From the NCBI GenBank assembly GCA_913041125.1, contig CAJWHM010000001.1, positions 29,698-93,697 on the forward strand: a stretch of DNA of 64,000 nucleotides. Reading direction: 5' to 3'. The translations under genes were made by a program, and so were the position numbers. Every line of letters begins with the position of its first letter. Position 1 is the first letter of the stretch. The notes beneath the pieces are model-generated. The model was not told the DNA's origin. It saw only the letters and a list, made by a program, of their open reading frames with translations, and made no database searches. Shown here piece by piece: positions 31,057-38,322 of the stretch. This stretch comes from an uncultured Bacteroidota bacterium. Its GTDB lineage: Bacteria > Bacteroidota > Bacteroidia > Flavobacteriales > Flavobacteriaceae.

Positions 31057-31872
31057 ATGAGAAAATTTTCTTTATTAATATATGTTTCTATAATTTTTAT
31101 TAATTGTGAAGACCCAATAGATGTCTCCTTAAATGACACTAAAGAAATTTTAGTTGTAGAAGCTTTTATCAATTGGATTAAAGAAAATAAAACCACTGAA
31201 CAAGTGGTGAATTTATCTTTAAGTAGTCCATATTTTAATACTGATTTCAAAGCTGCAAATAATGCTAATGTTGTAATTGAAGATGAGCATGGGAATACCT
31301 TTAACTTTTATGAGCAAGGTAATTCAGGACGATATCTAAGTAGTGATACAATTCCTTACAAATTCGATGAGACTTTTACTTTGAAAATTGAATTTAAAGG
31401 AGAAGAATATATTGCAAAAGAATCACTTATTTCAGTAAGTTCAATTGAAAGAATAGAACAAGAAACCGTAAATCTTTTTAGTAATGAATCTGTTCAATTG
31501 GAAGCACACGCTTTTGATCCAGTAGATGAAAGAAACTATAGTTTTTTTGAATTTGTTGGCGATAAATTAGAAGTTTCTGAATATAATCTATTTCGAGATG
31601 ATTTTAGTAATGGAGGTGAATATTATGGATTTCTTTTAGACTCAAAATTAAAAACCGGAGATTCCATAAGAATTCGCCAATATGGATTATCTAATATAGC
31701 ATACAATTATTGGTATCTATTAATATTTCAAAATACTCAGCAAGGGGGGCCATTCCAAACCAATCCAGTTAATTTAGTTGGAAACATTATACATGAATCT
31801 GACTCAAATCTAAATCCTCTAGGTTACTTTAGAGTCTCTGAAACCTCAGAGGTTAACTACATCATAAAATAA
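31057..31872 (+). CDS. DUF4249-like lipoprotein (partner of the preceding TonB receptor)
   Basis: Lipobox FINC. Starts 2 nt after the receptor stop. This receptor+DUF4249 pairing is common in Bacteroidota (from memory). Confidence 0.65.
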   Translation: MRKFSLLIYVSIIFINCEDPIDVSLNDTKEILVVEAFINWIKENKTTEQVVNLSLSSPYFNTDFKAANNANVVIEDEHGNTFNFYEQGNSGRYLSSDTIPYKFDETFTLKIEFKGEEYIAKESLISVSSIERIEQETVNLFSNESVQLEAHAFDPVDERNYSFFEFVGDKLEVSEYNLFRDDFSNGGEYYGFLLDSKLKTGDSIRIRQYGLSNIAYNYWYLLIFQNTQQGGPFQTNPVNLVGNIIHESDSNLNPLGYFRVSETSEVNYIIK

Positions 31873-31915
31873 ATATTACATAATAAGTTTTGGTAAAATA
31901 GAGGTAAATCAAAAA

Positions 31916-31940
31916 AAACCGTCAAATTTCATGACGGTTT
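31916..31940. terminator. bidirectional intrinsic terminator hairpin
   Basis: AAACCGTCA-AATTTCA-TGACGGTTT, flanked by an A-run on the left and TTTATT on the right. It can terminate either strand. Confidence 0.6.
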
Positions 31941-32107
31941 ATTAAACAAATTGGTTTATGATGAGCAACTATATTATTTAGTTGCATTATAAAAGTAATA
32001 AAAATTGATTTATTTTAAACCTATAATTTATCTTTTTTAATACAACTAAATATAATTTTATATTATTGTAATTTTTACAACCAATATAATTATCAAAGAC
32101 ATCCAAA

Positions 32108-32305
32108 ATGAAAAATATCTTTACTGAACATCCCAAATCTGTTGGTGAATCTTATTTGAAACATTTTATGTTTGCTATTAATATTGGTGCAAAATTATTT
32201 CTCTGGGGTATAATTGCTATAATTCATGCTATTTTACCTTTTACATTTAAAACATACGTATCATCAAGAATTAAAGAATTATATCATAAAATAAATAGAC
32301 GATGA
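32108..32305 (+). CDS. small membrane protein, hypothetical
   Basis: 65 aa, one or two hydrophobic helices (LFLWGIIAIIHAILPF). Confidence 0.45.
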   Translation: MKNIFTEHPKSVGESYLKHFMFAINIGAKLFLWGIIAIIHAILPFTFKTYVSSRIKELYHKINRR

Positions 32306-32324
32306 GTAAATGGAAATTAAATAT

Positions 32325-32789
32325 TTATCTAAGTGTCTCTAGTACGATAACACCAGCTCTAGCTTGTTTTCCCCATCGATTAGTTTCTGCAGCACTTACT
32401 AAAATTTTTACTTTCCTAATTAAAGGAGACAATGCCTGAACGTCTAATGGTGGAGAATTAAATTGTTGGCCATTAATAATCCACAATGGATAAATCTTAG
32501 ATGATTCTTCTGTAAATGTTTGATACTGTCTTAGTATTGGTAATCCGTTTGATTGTCTTGAAGTTGGTAAATGATACTTTAGTGCAAGATACCAAGTCTG
32601 AGCATTTTCATCAATACCCCACTGATTTAGTCCCATAGCTTTATACCTTGCTATAATATCTTGTTCTTTTTTCTTTCTTTTCATATCTCTTATTTCTTTT
32701 CTAGTAAGCCCTTTCAAGTAAACTTTATCTTCTTGAGAAAATGAAATATTAAATATGAAAAAAATAATCAATAGTGATGAAATTTTCAT
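32325..32789 (-). CDS. hypothetical secreted protein
   Basis: 154 aa with signal peptide MKISSLLIIFFIFNISFSQ. No recognised domain. Confidence 0.55.
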   Translation of the reverse strand: MKISSLLIIFFIFNISFSQEDKVYLKGLTRKEIRDMKRKKKEQDIIARYKAMGLNQWGIDENAQTWYLALKYHLPTSRQSNGLPILRQYQTFTEESSKIYPLWIINGQQFNSPPLDVQALSPLIRKVKILVSAAETNRWGKQARAGVIVLETLR

Positions 32790-32877
32790 AAAATGAATAT
32801 GTAAGAATTGATATTTAAAGGTTTTAAAAATTTAATCATTTTTAGAAAAATATGGATATTATATGTTAATAACAATT

Positions 32878-33057
32878 CTAATTATTAGAACATTCCCCAT
32901 CTGTATATATAGTAATGCCATCAATTCCTGCGAAACATTCGTTGCCATATGTTTTCCCATTGATTCCACATACTGGAAAATAATTATCATCACATGGGCT
33001 AGCACTAGTGCAAGAAAAAATAAAAGCTACTAAGAATAATAAATAAAATTTCTTCAT
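32878..33057 (-). CDS. Kazal-type protease-inhibitor-like small lipoprotein (59 aa, absent from ORF track)
   Basis: Hand translation gives MKKFYLLFLVAFIFSCTSASPCDDNYFPVCGINGKTYGNECFAGIDGITIYTDGECSNN*. Lipobox FSC, and PVCGxxGxTYxNxC...GxC is the Kazal signature. Confidence 0.6.
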   Translation of the reverse strand: MKKFYLLFLVAFIFSCTSASPCDDNYFPVCGINGKTYGNECFAGIDGITIYTDGECSNN

Positions 33058-33205
33058 TGGTTTTGCTTTTATTAGAAGTTTTACTCAATGTAATAAAATT
33101 ATTTAAATCAATTTTGATTCTAAATTGTAGATATTTTATAAATAAATCCTGATTCAAAATACATTCAATCTCTGAAAAAATCCTTTATATTTACTCGTTT
33201 TTTAT

Positions 33206-33280
33206 GGTGGTTGTAGCTCAGTTGGTTAGAGCGCCTGATTGTGGTTCAGGAAGTCGTCGGTTCGAGCCCGATCTTCCACC
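33206..33280 (+). tRNA. tRNA-His (anticodon GUG) with encoded G-1
   Basis: Anticodon stem CCTGA/TCAGG with loop TTGTGGT. G-1 (33206) sits opposite C73. D arm GCTCAGTTGGTTAGAGC, T loop TTCGAGC. The acceptor stem has two adjacent T:T mismatches. Confidence 0.8.
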
Positions 33281-33283
33281 CTT

Positions 33284-33310
33284 AAGGGATTCTTTTGAGT
33301 CCCTTTTTTT
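33284..33310 (+). terminator. intrinsic terminator after tRNA-His
   Basis: AAGGGATTC-TTTT-GAGTCCCTT (9 bp including one G-U pair) followed by a 5-T run (33306-33310). Confidence 0.75.
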
Positions 33311-33471
33311 ATAGGGATTAACCAACTGCATTCTCCAAAAAAGCGAATACAAGTTTAAGAACGATTTACACTTAAATATACGAAATATAGACCAGTTTTG
33401 GCACGTATTTGGCACGCTAATTTAGTCGAAATTCATTCGAGACTATGTCTCTCATTGCAACTATATAGGGA

Positions 33472-33544
33472 CTCTGACGAGATTACTCCATTAAATATAT
33501 ATTGATCTACTCTATTTATGGCACTTTTAGAACTGTCATGTTGT
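33472..33544 (+). repeat. R3 element copy 1 (about 75-nt conserved intergenic element)
   Basis: CTCTGACGAGATTACTCCATTAAATATATATTGATCTACTCT... The first 42 nt differ at one position from copy 2 at 36359. Confidence 0.8.
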
Positions 33545-33548
33545 ATAA

Positions 33549-33600
33549 CAATAAATAGTATTAGTTATGGAAAAGAATTGGGACAAAATATTATTTTAGT
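33549..33600 (+). repeat. R2 element copy a
   Basis: CAATAAATAGTATTAGTTATGGAAAAGAATTGGGACAAAATATTATTTTAGT. Related copies at 37921 and 38323. Confidence 0.7.
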
Positions 33601-33603
33601 TTT

Positions 33604-33759
33604 ATGAATGATTTAAATTCTATTAAAAAATACAAATGCAATAGTTGTTCAAAAGAGATTGATTTTATTTGGGCAAGTAGTATTTATAATAACAATGAAT
33701 TTTCTAGACTTTGTACAAATTGTAGGGATGACTTGCTCAATAATTTGTATAAAAAATGA
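33604..33759 (+). CDS. small CxxC...CxxC zinc-ribbon protein (51 aa, absent from ORF track)
   Basis: Hand translation gives MNDLNSIKKYKCNSCSKEIDFIWASSIYNNNEFSRLCTNCRDDLLNNLYKK*. Stop TGA lies inside M1 motif copy a. Confidence 0.45.
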   Translation: MNDLNSIKKYKCNSCSKEIDFIWASSIYNNNEFSRLCTNCRDDLLNNLYKK

Positions 33760-33787
33760 TTGAAGTTCCTTCCTATACTTTTGTTAT
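33756..33787 (+). repeat. M1 junction motif copy a (stump)
   Basis: ATGATTGAAGTTCCTTCCTATAC... The frame closes after 16 codons. Confidence 0.7.
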
Positions 33788-33832
33788 TGATAATTTTATA
33801 AATTAGGTGATAAATAACTTAAATATAATTTT

Positions 33833-34099
33833 ATGAACTTAATGCTAACTGCAAGCTGTAATGATGCTGATGATTTTAAAATAAATGGCTATGAAAAATT
33901 TAAGCACGAGTTTGATGATTGGTGTGATTCTTCAAAATGTGTTTTTTGTAAAATTGATAATCAAAATGTTTTAGAACTATTTTTTGATGTAAATCCTCCC
34001 AAACTTCAAGAGTGGTTAGCTAAACCATCCACTCAACAAATGTTTAAAGAACATAATCTTATTCCAAAAAGATATTCTTTTGAGCCACTATCAATATAA
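33833..34099 (+). CDS. hypothetical protein
   Basis: 88 aa ORF with no recognised domain. Confidence 0.5.
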   Translation: MNLMLTASCNDADDFKINGYEKFKHEFDDWCDSSKCVFCKIDNQNVLELFFDVNPPKLQEWLAKPSTQQMFKEHNLIPKRYSFEPLSI

Positions 34100-34106
34100 A
34101 TAGCTA

Positions 34107-34271
34107 ATGCAATATTTAATCAGAAATAATTGGGGAGTTTTTTTTATTGGATTTTTCATTGCAATAGGGGATTCTCTTTTTTATTATGAATCGATTGCTT
34201 CTATTATAGGATTTTCACTAATGGTATTTTCATTTTATTTAATGAACTTAAAGTCAAAGCAAAAGAAATAA
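34107..34271 (+). CDS. small membrane protein (54 aa, absent from ORF track)
   Basis: MQYLIRNNWGVFFIGFFIAIGDSLFYYESIASIIGFSLMVFSFYLMNLKSKQKK*. Two hydrophobic helices. Stop TAA abuts the next ATG (TAAATG). Confidence 0.45.
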   Translation: MQYLIRNNWGVFFIGFFIAIGDSLFYYESIASIIGFSLMVFSFYLMNLKSKQKK

Positions 34272-34472
34272 ATGACAGAAGTTCCTTTATACCCTAATGG
34301 TTATCCATGTAAATGCTCTGGTGAGTGTAACTATTCTAAAGCTTATGAAGATGCTGGAAAACCAAAATATATAGATTTTGATAAGTTTACACGAAAAGAC
34401 TTTTCTCCAATAAGTGAAGAGGAAATTCTAATAAATAATTATCTTATAACCGAATATTGTTTAAAGAAATAA
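34272..34472 (+). CDS. small Cys-rich hypothetical protein (intact member of the M1-headed family)
   Basis: MTEVPLYPNGYPCKCSGECNYSKAY... 66 aa. The 5' end is M1 motif copy b. A frameshifted paralogue lies at 38876. Confidence 0.55.
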   Translation: MTEVPLYPNGYPCKCSGECNYSKAYEDAGKPKYIDFDKFTRKDFSPISEEEILINNYLITEYCLKK

Positions 34473-34690
34473 TGAAAAAAGAATATAAAGTTGAAGTAGT
34501 TAAAGAAGGTGCTCTAGGTACAATCTTTCTTGGATCAAGTAAAATGCCATTAAAAAAAATGGAAGAAGTAATGAATAAATACGGAGAAGATGGATGGGAT
34601 GTTGAATTTCAATTAGTTGAGAAAAGAAGACTATTATTTCTCTGGTCAAGAGAAGCTGCTATAATTACTTTTTCAAGAGAAAAGAATTAA
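34472..34690 (+). CDS. DUF4177-like small protein
   Basis: MKKEYKVEVVKEG...MNKYGEDGWDVEF...AIITFSRE resembles the DUF4177 pattern (YKVV...GWELV...ilER). TAATG overlap with the upstream ORF. The ORF track offers an alternative start at 34457. Confidence 0.55.
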   Translation: MKKEYKVEVVKEGALGTIFLGSSKMPLKKMEEVMNKYGEDGWDVEFQLVEKRRLLFLWSREAAIITFSREKN

Positions 34691-34730
34691 AACTTTATTT
34701 TTAATTTTAGGAAATTAAAACCGAATAAAG

Positions 34731-35285
34731 ATGAAAAACTTAATAATTCTATTTTTTTTGCCAGTATTAATTATTACTAGTTGTGTAAACATAGAATCTT
34801 CTAATCAATCAACTGAAAGCAAACCAATTGTAATTGGTTATGAAAGTGATAAAAACAACAAATACAAAATCGTAAATGGCGATATTAATTCAGTAGAAAT
34901 TGTTAAAGCATACTTTGATGCATACAATAAAAAAGATCTCCAAGCAGTATACAATTTGGAACACGAGGATGTTTTACTTTTTGCCCCTAATGGGATGACA
35001 ATTGAAAGTTCAAAACAACACCTAGAAGGCGGAGAAAAGTTTTTAGCAGCCAATCAATATGCAAAATGGGATATTATTTGGTCTATATCAACTCATGTAA
35101 ATTTTGAAAATAAGCCAACTGAAAATTGGGTTACATCTGGAATCCTCGTGTCTTATGGAAAAGATAAAGCATCAAAAACTTCAGTTAGTAGAGTTGTTGA
35201 TCTTATGATTAAAGACGGTAAAGTTAAAAAAGGATACATTCATCAACGTCAATTATCAGAAACTGAAAAATCTAGTAATGAATGA
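34731..35285 (+). CDS. SnoaL/NTF2-like lipoprotein
   Basis: Lipobox ITSC. VEIVKAYFDAYNKKDLQAVYNL is typical of the N-terminal helix of SnoaL-like domains. Confidence 0.6.
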   Translation: MKNLIILFFLPVLIITSCVNIESSNQSTESKPIVIGYESDKNNKYKIVNGDINSVEIVKAYFDAYNKKDLQAVYNLEHEDVLLFAPNGMTIESSKQHLEGGEKFLAANQYAKWDIIWSISTHVNFENKPTENWVTSGILVSYGKDKASKTSVSRVVDLMIKDGKVKKGYIHQRQLSETEKSSNE

Positions 35286-35312
35286 TGGATAAATTTTATT
35301 AGTATAAAAGCT

Positions 35313-36101
35313 CTATTTTTTGTCCTCATTATCAGAAATCATCAAAGGAGTTTTTCCATTTGTAATAATTATTTTTGAATTATTAGAAGCAGATAATTCT
35401 CTAAATACTTCAATTGCTTTGTTTTTTAAGACATTCTCTGTAAGACCTTCGGATATAATTATTTGTGCATCTCTTTCCCCTTTAGCACTAATAATTTTCC
35501 TTTCTGCTTCTTTTTTCTCTTGATTTAAAACAAACTCCATCCTCATTGCGTCCTGTTCTGCCTGTAATTTCCTTTCAATTGAACTGGCTAAACCGCGGGG
35601 TAGGCGAATTTGTTTCATTAAAACAGCAATCAAATCAACACCATTAGCTTGCTTTTCTAAATTAATTTTCATCTTGGACAAAATTTCACCCTCAATTTTT
35701 GATCTAACACCTGAATGCATATCTTTAGCAAAAAACTGTGCGCAAACATCAGATGCAGCTGATCTAAAGACGCTAGTAACTATTGATTCGTAATTTTTAC
35801 CTAAATTTTCCAAAACAGAAGCAACTTTATCTTCTTCAAGTCTATATAAAATTGATATTTCTGATTCTACACTTAAACCTTCTTTACTTGGAAGACTTAA
35901 TATTAGTTTAATATTCTGTGTTTGAGTTGATTCCTTTACAACTTTGCTTATTATAGGATTGTAAACCACCGATCCCTCTTTGACAACCTTGTCTGAAAAT
36001 TTACCTAACTTTTGTTTTATTCCAACTTCACCTGGTCTAATTATAGCGCAACTGACTATTAGATGAGAAATTACCAAAACAATAAAATTCTTTACCTTCA
36101 T
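35313..36101 (-). CDS. SPFH/band-7 (prohibitin-like) lipoprotein
   Basis: Lipobox VSC. GEVGIKQKLGKF..., coiled Ala/Glu-rich C-terminal part (RKLQAEQDAMRMEF...). Confidence 0.8.
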   Translation of the reverse strand: MKVKNFIVLVISHLIVSCAIIRPGEVGIKQKLGKFSDKVVKEGSVVYNPIISKVVKESTQTQNIKLILSLPSKEGLSVESEISILYRLEEDKVASVLENLGKNYESIVTSVFRSAASDVCAQFFAKDMHSGVRSKIEGEILSKMKINLEKQANGVDLIAVLMKQIRLPRGLASSIERKLQAEQDAMRMEFVLNQEKKEAERKIISAKGERDAQIIISEGLTENVLKNKAIEVFRELSASNNSKIIITNGKTPLMISDNEDKK

Positions 36102-36265
36102 ATTCGGAACTTTAATTTTTAATATAGTAATATTGAATAACTTTTATTTAATAAATTAAAATTATTCATAATTAAAATACAATCATTATAAACTTATGGA
36201 TAATTCTTATATAGACATTTGATAGAATTATATGTTCACCTTGCCTAGGATACTAAATTATTGGC

Positions 36266-36320
36266 ATATCCTTTTCTTGTAAATCAGGTATTCCTAATCC
36301 TGTTCATTAAGTTCCGTGAC
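36266..36320 (+). repeat. R4 element copy D (5' module only)
   Basis: ATATCCTTTT...AATCCTGTTCATTAAGTTCCGTGAC. The last 25 nt match R4 copy B (ATCCTCTTCATTAAGTACAGTGAC) closely. Confidence 0.6.
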
Positions 36321-36358
36321 CTTCGTGTCTTTGACACTCGGAGCTCAATAAATACTGG

Positions 36359-36433
36359 CTCTGACGAGACTACTCCATTAAATATATATTGATCTACTCT
36401 CTATTTCTGGCATCTTTGCAACTGCCATATTGT
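36359..36433 (+). repeat. R3 element copy 2
   Basis: CTCTGACGAGACTACTCCATTAAATATATATTGATCTACTCTCTATTTCTGGCATCTTTGCAACTGCCATATTGT. By eye, 8 substitutions and one 2-nt indel versus copy 1. Confidence 0.8.
36388..36418 (+). promoter_or_regulatory. candidate promoter embedded in R3 copy 2
   Basis: ATTG, 19 nt, then CATCTTTG approximates the TTTG-N19-TAnnTTTG consensus. It lies 45 nt upstream of ATG 36463. Confidence 0.3.
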
Positions 36434-36462
36434 TTTACTAATTTTAAGAAAATCCAAAACAA

Positions 36463-37149
36463 ATGAAAAGTCTTGTTGCAAAGTACTTGGTGGAATTTAT
36501 AGTCATCATAACTGGTATCTCTTTATCGTTCTATGTTGAGAATTTAAATCAGAATAATTACAAAGAAAATTTAAAGAATCAGTCATTGAAAAGAGTACTA
36601 AAAAATTTAGAGACTGATACTAGAGATTTTGAATTTAATTTAGAAGCAAATAGGAAAGCAATATATTCTTCAGACTGGATATCTGAAAGAAATAATAATT
36701 TACAATTTTATTCAAAAGATTCTGTTGGATTTCATTTAAACAGAGCAATATACTTTAATACAATTTTTGTTGATAATCAAGAGGAGTATCGTGGATTACA
36801 AAATTCAGGATTGATTGAGTTAATTGAAAATGAAAATATTGTTACCAATCTTCAACAAAAATACATAGTACACGAGTTTTTTAAAAAAATTGAAAACTCC
36901 ATAATGGATAGACGATTATATTTAGATGATTTCGCAAACAGAAATTTAAAATATAAGAGTTACAAAACAGATAATTTAGGTTTAGCTATTGACAGAATTT
37001 ATACAGGAAAACAAAATATCCCGCAGCACATAATTGAGGCTTTAAAAGACAAAAGGACATATCATAATTTTTACATAAAACGAATAAAGTCTAGATTAAA
37101 GGCAGATACTAATTTGGTAGAATTAATTAAAAATGAAATAAATGATTGA
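36463..37149 (+). CDS. hypothetical N-terminally membrane-anchored protein
   Basis: 228 aa. N-terminal helix YLVEFIVIITGISLSFYV. The layout recalls a Flavobacteriia-specific DUF family, which I cannot name with certainty. Confidence 0.6.
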   Translation: MKSLVAKYLVEFIVIITGISLSFYVENLNQNNYKENLKNQSLKRVLKNLETDTRDFEFNLEANRKAIYSSDWISERNNNLQFYSKDSVGFHLNRAIYFNTIFVDNQEEYRGLQNSGLIELIENENIVTNLQQKYIVHEFFKKIENSIMDRRLYLDDFANRNLKYKSYKTDNLGLAIDRIYTGKQNIPQHIIEALKDKRTYHNFYIKRIKSRLKADTNLVELIKNEIND

Positions 37150-37170
37150 AGTACCTCAAACTATTTTAGC
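37142..37170 (+). repeat. M1 junction motif copy c (stump)
   Basis: ATGATTGAAGTACCTCAAACTATTTTAGC. The stop of the preceding ORF (TGA 37147-37149) lies inside it. Confidence 0.6.
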
Positions 37171-37173
37171 TTT

Positions 37174-37893
37174 ATGAGTAAAAAACTTTCTGCTATTCGT
37201 GGATTAGTTTTTGCAAAACTGAATTTAAGTTATATTTTAATTGTATTTCTTTCTTGTTTAAATATTATTGGACAAGAGAAATTAAATAATAGTGGCTCAA
37301 CATCTTATCGAAAGGATCAAATTTATTTTGGAGCATCTTTTATGCTTCTTAATAGTGATCAAGAAAAATTTAAACGTCAAGGGATTTCAAAACAATTTCA
37401 ACTTGGTTTTGTAAGAGATATTCCATTAATTTCTTCTCGTAAATTAGCAATTGGTTTAGGACTGGGATATTCTTTTCAAGACTATAATTCTAATCTTGTT
37501 AGATTTAATATTAACAATGGAAATTCAATTTTTATAATAAATTATACCTTAAATCAAAAATCTAAATTATCATTTAATTTCATTGAATTCCCAATTTCTT
37601 TAAGATGGAGAAATATCTCCTTTAATAATAAATTTGAAAGAGTTTACGCAGGATTCAAATTTCAAAGGAATTTTCTTTCAAAACTGAAATATAGAAATGG
37701 TGATATAAAAAATATTTCTGATGAAGTTAATAATTGGAACAAAGAGTTATACTTAAGTTTTGGCTATAACACATGGAACGTTTATCTCTCGTATGATTTG
37801 AACCAAATTATGAAAAACTTTTATAACCAATATTCTGGTAAATCGTTTAATGTTAAATCTATAAAAATCGGACTGATTTTCTATATGCTATAA
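37174..37893 (+). CDS. outer-membrane beta-barrel (PorT/OprF-N-like) protein
   Basis: Signal sequence, alternating strands, C-terminal IKIGLIFYML. Confidence 0.6.
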   Translation: MSKKLSAIRGLVFAKLNLSYILIVFLSCLNIIGQEKLNNSGSTSYRKDQIYFGASFMLLNSDQEKFKRQGISKQFQLGFVRDIPLISSRKLAIGLGLGYSFQDYNSNLVRFNINNGNSIFIINYTLNQKSKLSFNFIEFPISLRWRNISFNNKFERVYAGFKFQRNFLSKLKYRNGDIKNISDEVNNWNKELYLSFGYNTWNVYLSYDLNQIMKNFYNQYSGKSFNVKSIKIGLIFYML

Positions 37894-37920
37894 ATGTCAT
37901 AGATTTTTTATTTTAGAAGA

Positions 37921-37972
37921 TAAAAATAGCTATAGTTATGGGAAAGAATTGGGAAGAAACATTATCTTATTC
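37921..37972 (+). repeat. R2 element copy b
   Basis: TAAAAATAGCTATAGTTATGGGAAAGAATTGGGAAGAAACATTATCTTATTC. Confidence 0.65.
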
Positions 37973-38140
37973 ATATGAAATATTTAAAATTACTTTGATT
38001 AATATCACTTGTATCTTTTGCAATATATTTTATAATAGAGTGGCTTGAAAGTGGTTTTGATTCTGTAATTTTTGCATCGTGAATTGCTATTTTGTTTTCA
38101 GGTGTTGGATTTCTTCATAAAAAATAAATTCTTTTACTAT

Positions 38141-38293
38141 ATGATTCATAAACTAAAAAATTTTGGTTTTTCAATCACATGTTTTGCAATACTATTTAAG
38201 CTAATGTCATGGCAGTACGCTGATAAACTTCTAATAGTAGGATTAAGTTCTTTAGGAATTTCTTATCTGATTAAAGTTTTTAAAAATGATTAA
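38141..38293 (+). CDS. small membrane protein
   Basis: MIHKLKNFGFSITCFAILFKLMSWQYADKLLIVGLSSLGISYLIKVFKND*. The ORF track extends to a non-ATG start at 38072, which is less likely. Confidence 0.45.
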   Translation: MIHKLKNFGFSITCFAILFKLMSWQYADKLLIVGLSSLGISYLIKVFKND

Positions 38294-38318
38294 TGTTTCT
38301 TTACACCCTAATGGTTAA
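38286..38318 (+). repeat. M1 junction motif copy d (stump)
   Basis: ATGATTAATGTTTCTTTACACCCTAATGGTTAA. It contains the stop of the preceding ORF (TAA 38291-38293), and its own frame closes after 10 codons. Confidence 0.7.
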
Positions 38319-38322
38319 ACCC

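Noticed and set aside
31965-31985. Hairpin GCAACTA-TATTATT-TAGTTGC in the spacer after the DUF4249-like gene.
   Set aside because: It is a 7-bp AT-rich stem without a T-run on either strand, and the real terminator lies 25 nt upstream. Probably fortuitous.
33218-33415. 65-aa minus-strand ORF.
   Set aside because: It overlaps tRNA-His and its terminator on the opposite strand and has no coding features. Spurious.
33472-33490. CTGACGAG inside R3 as a hammerhead ribozyme core (CUGANGA).
   Set aside because: There is no downstream GAAA box, no stem II/III helices and no cleavage-site context in either copy.
33761-34303. Resemblance of M1 (GAAGTTCCTTTATAC or GAAGTTCCTTCCTATAC) to the yeast Flp FRT arm GAAGTTCCTATAC.
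   Set aside because: Only one arm-like half is present. No inverted partner arm or 8-bp spacer exists at any copy, and a base is inserted relative to FRT. I treat it as coincidence.
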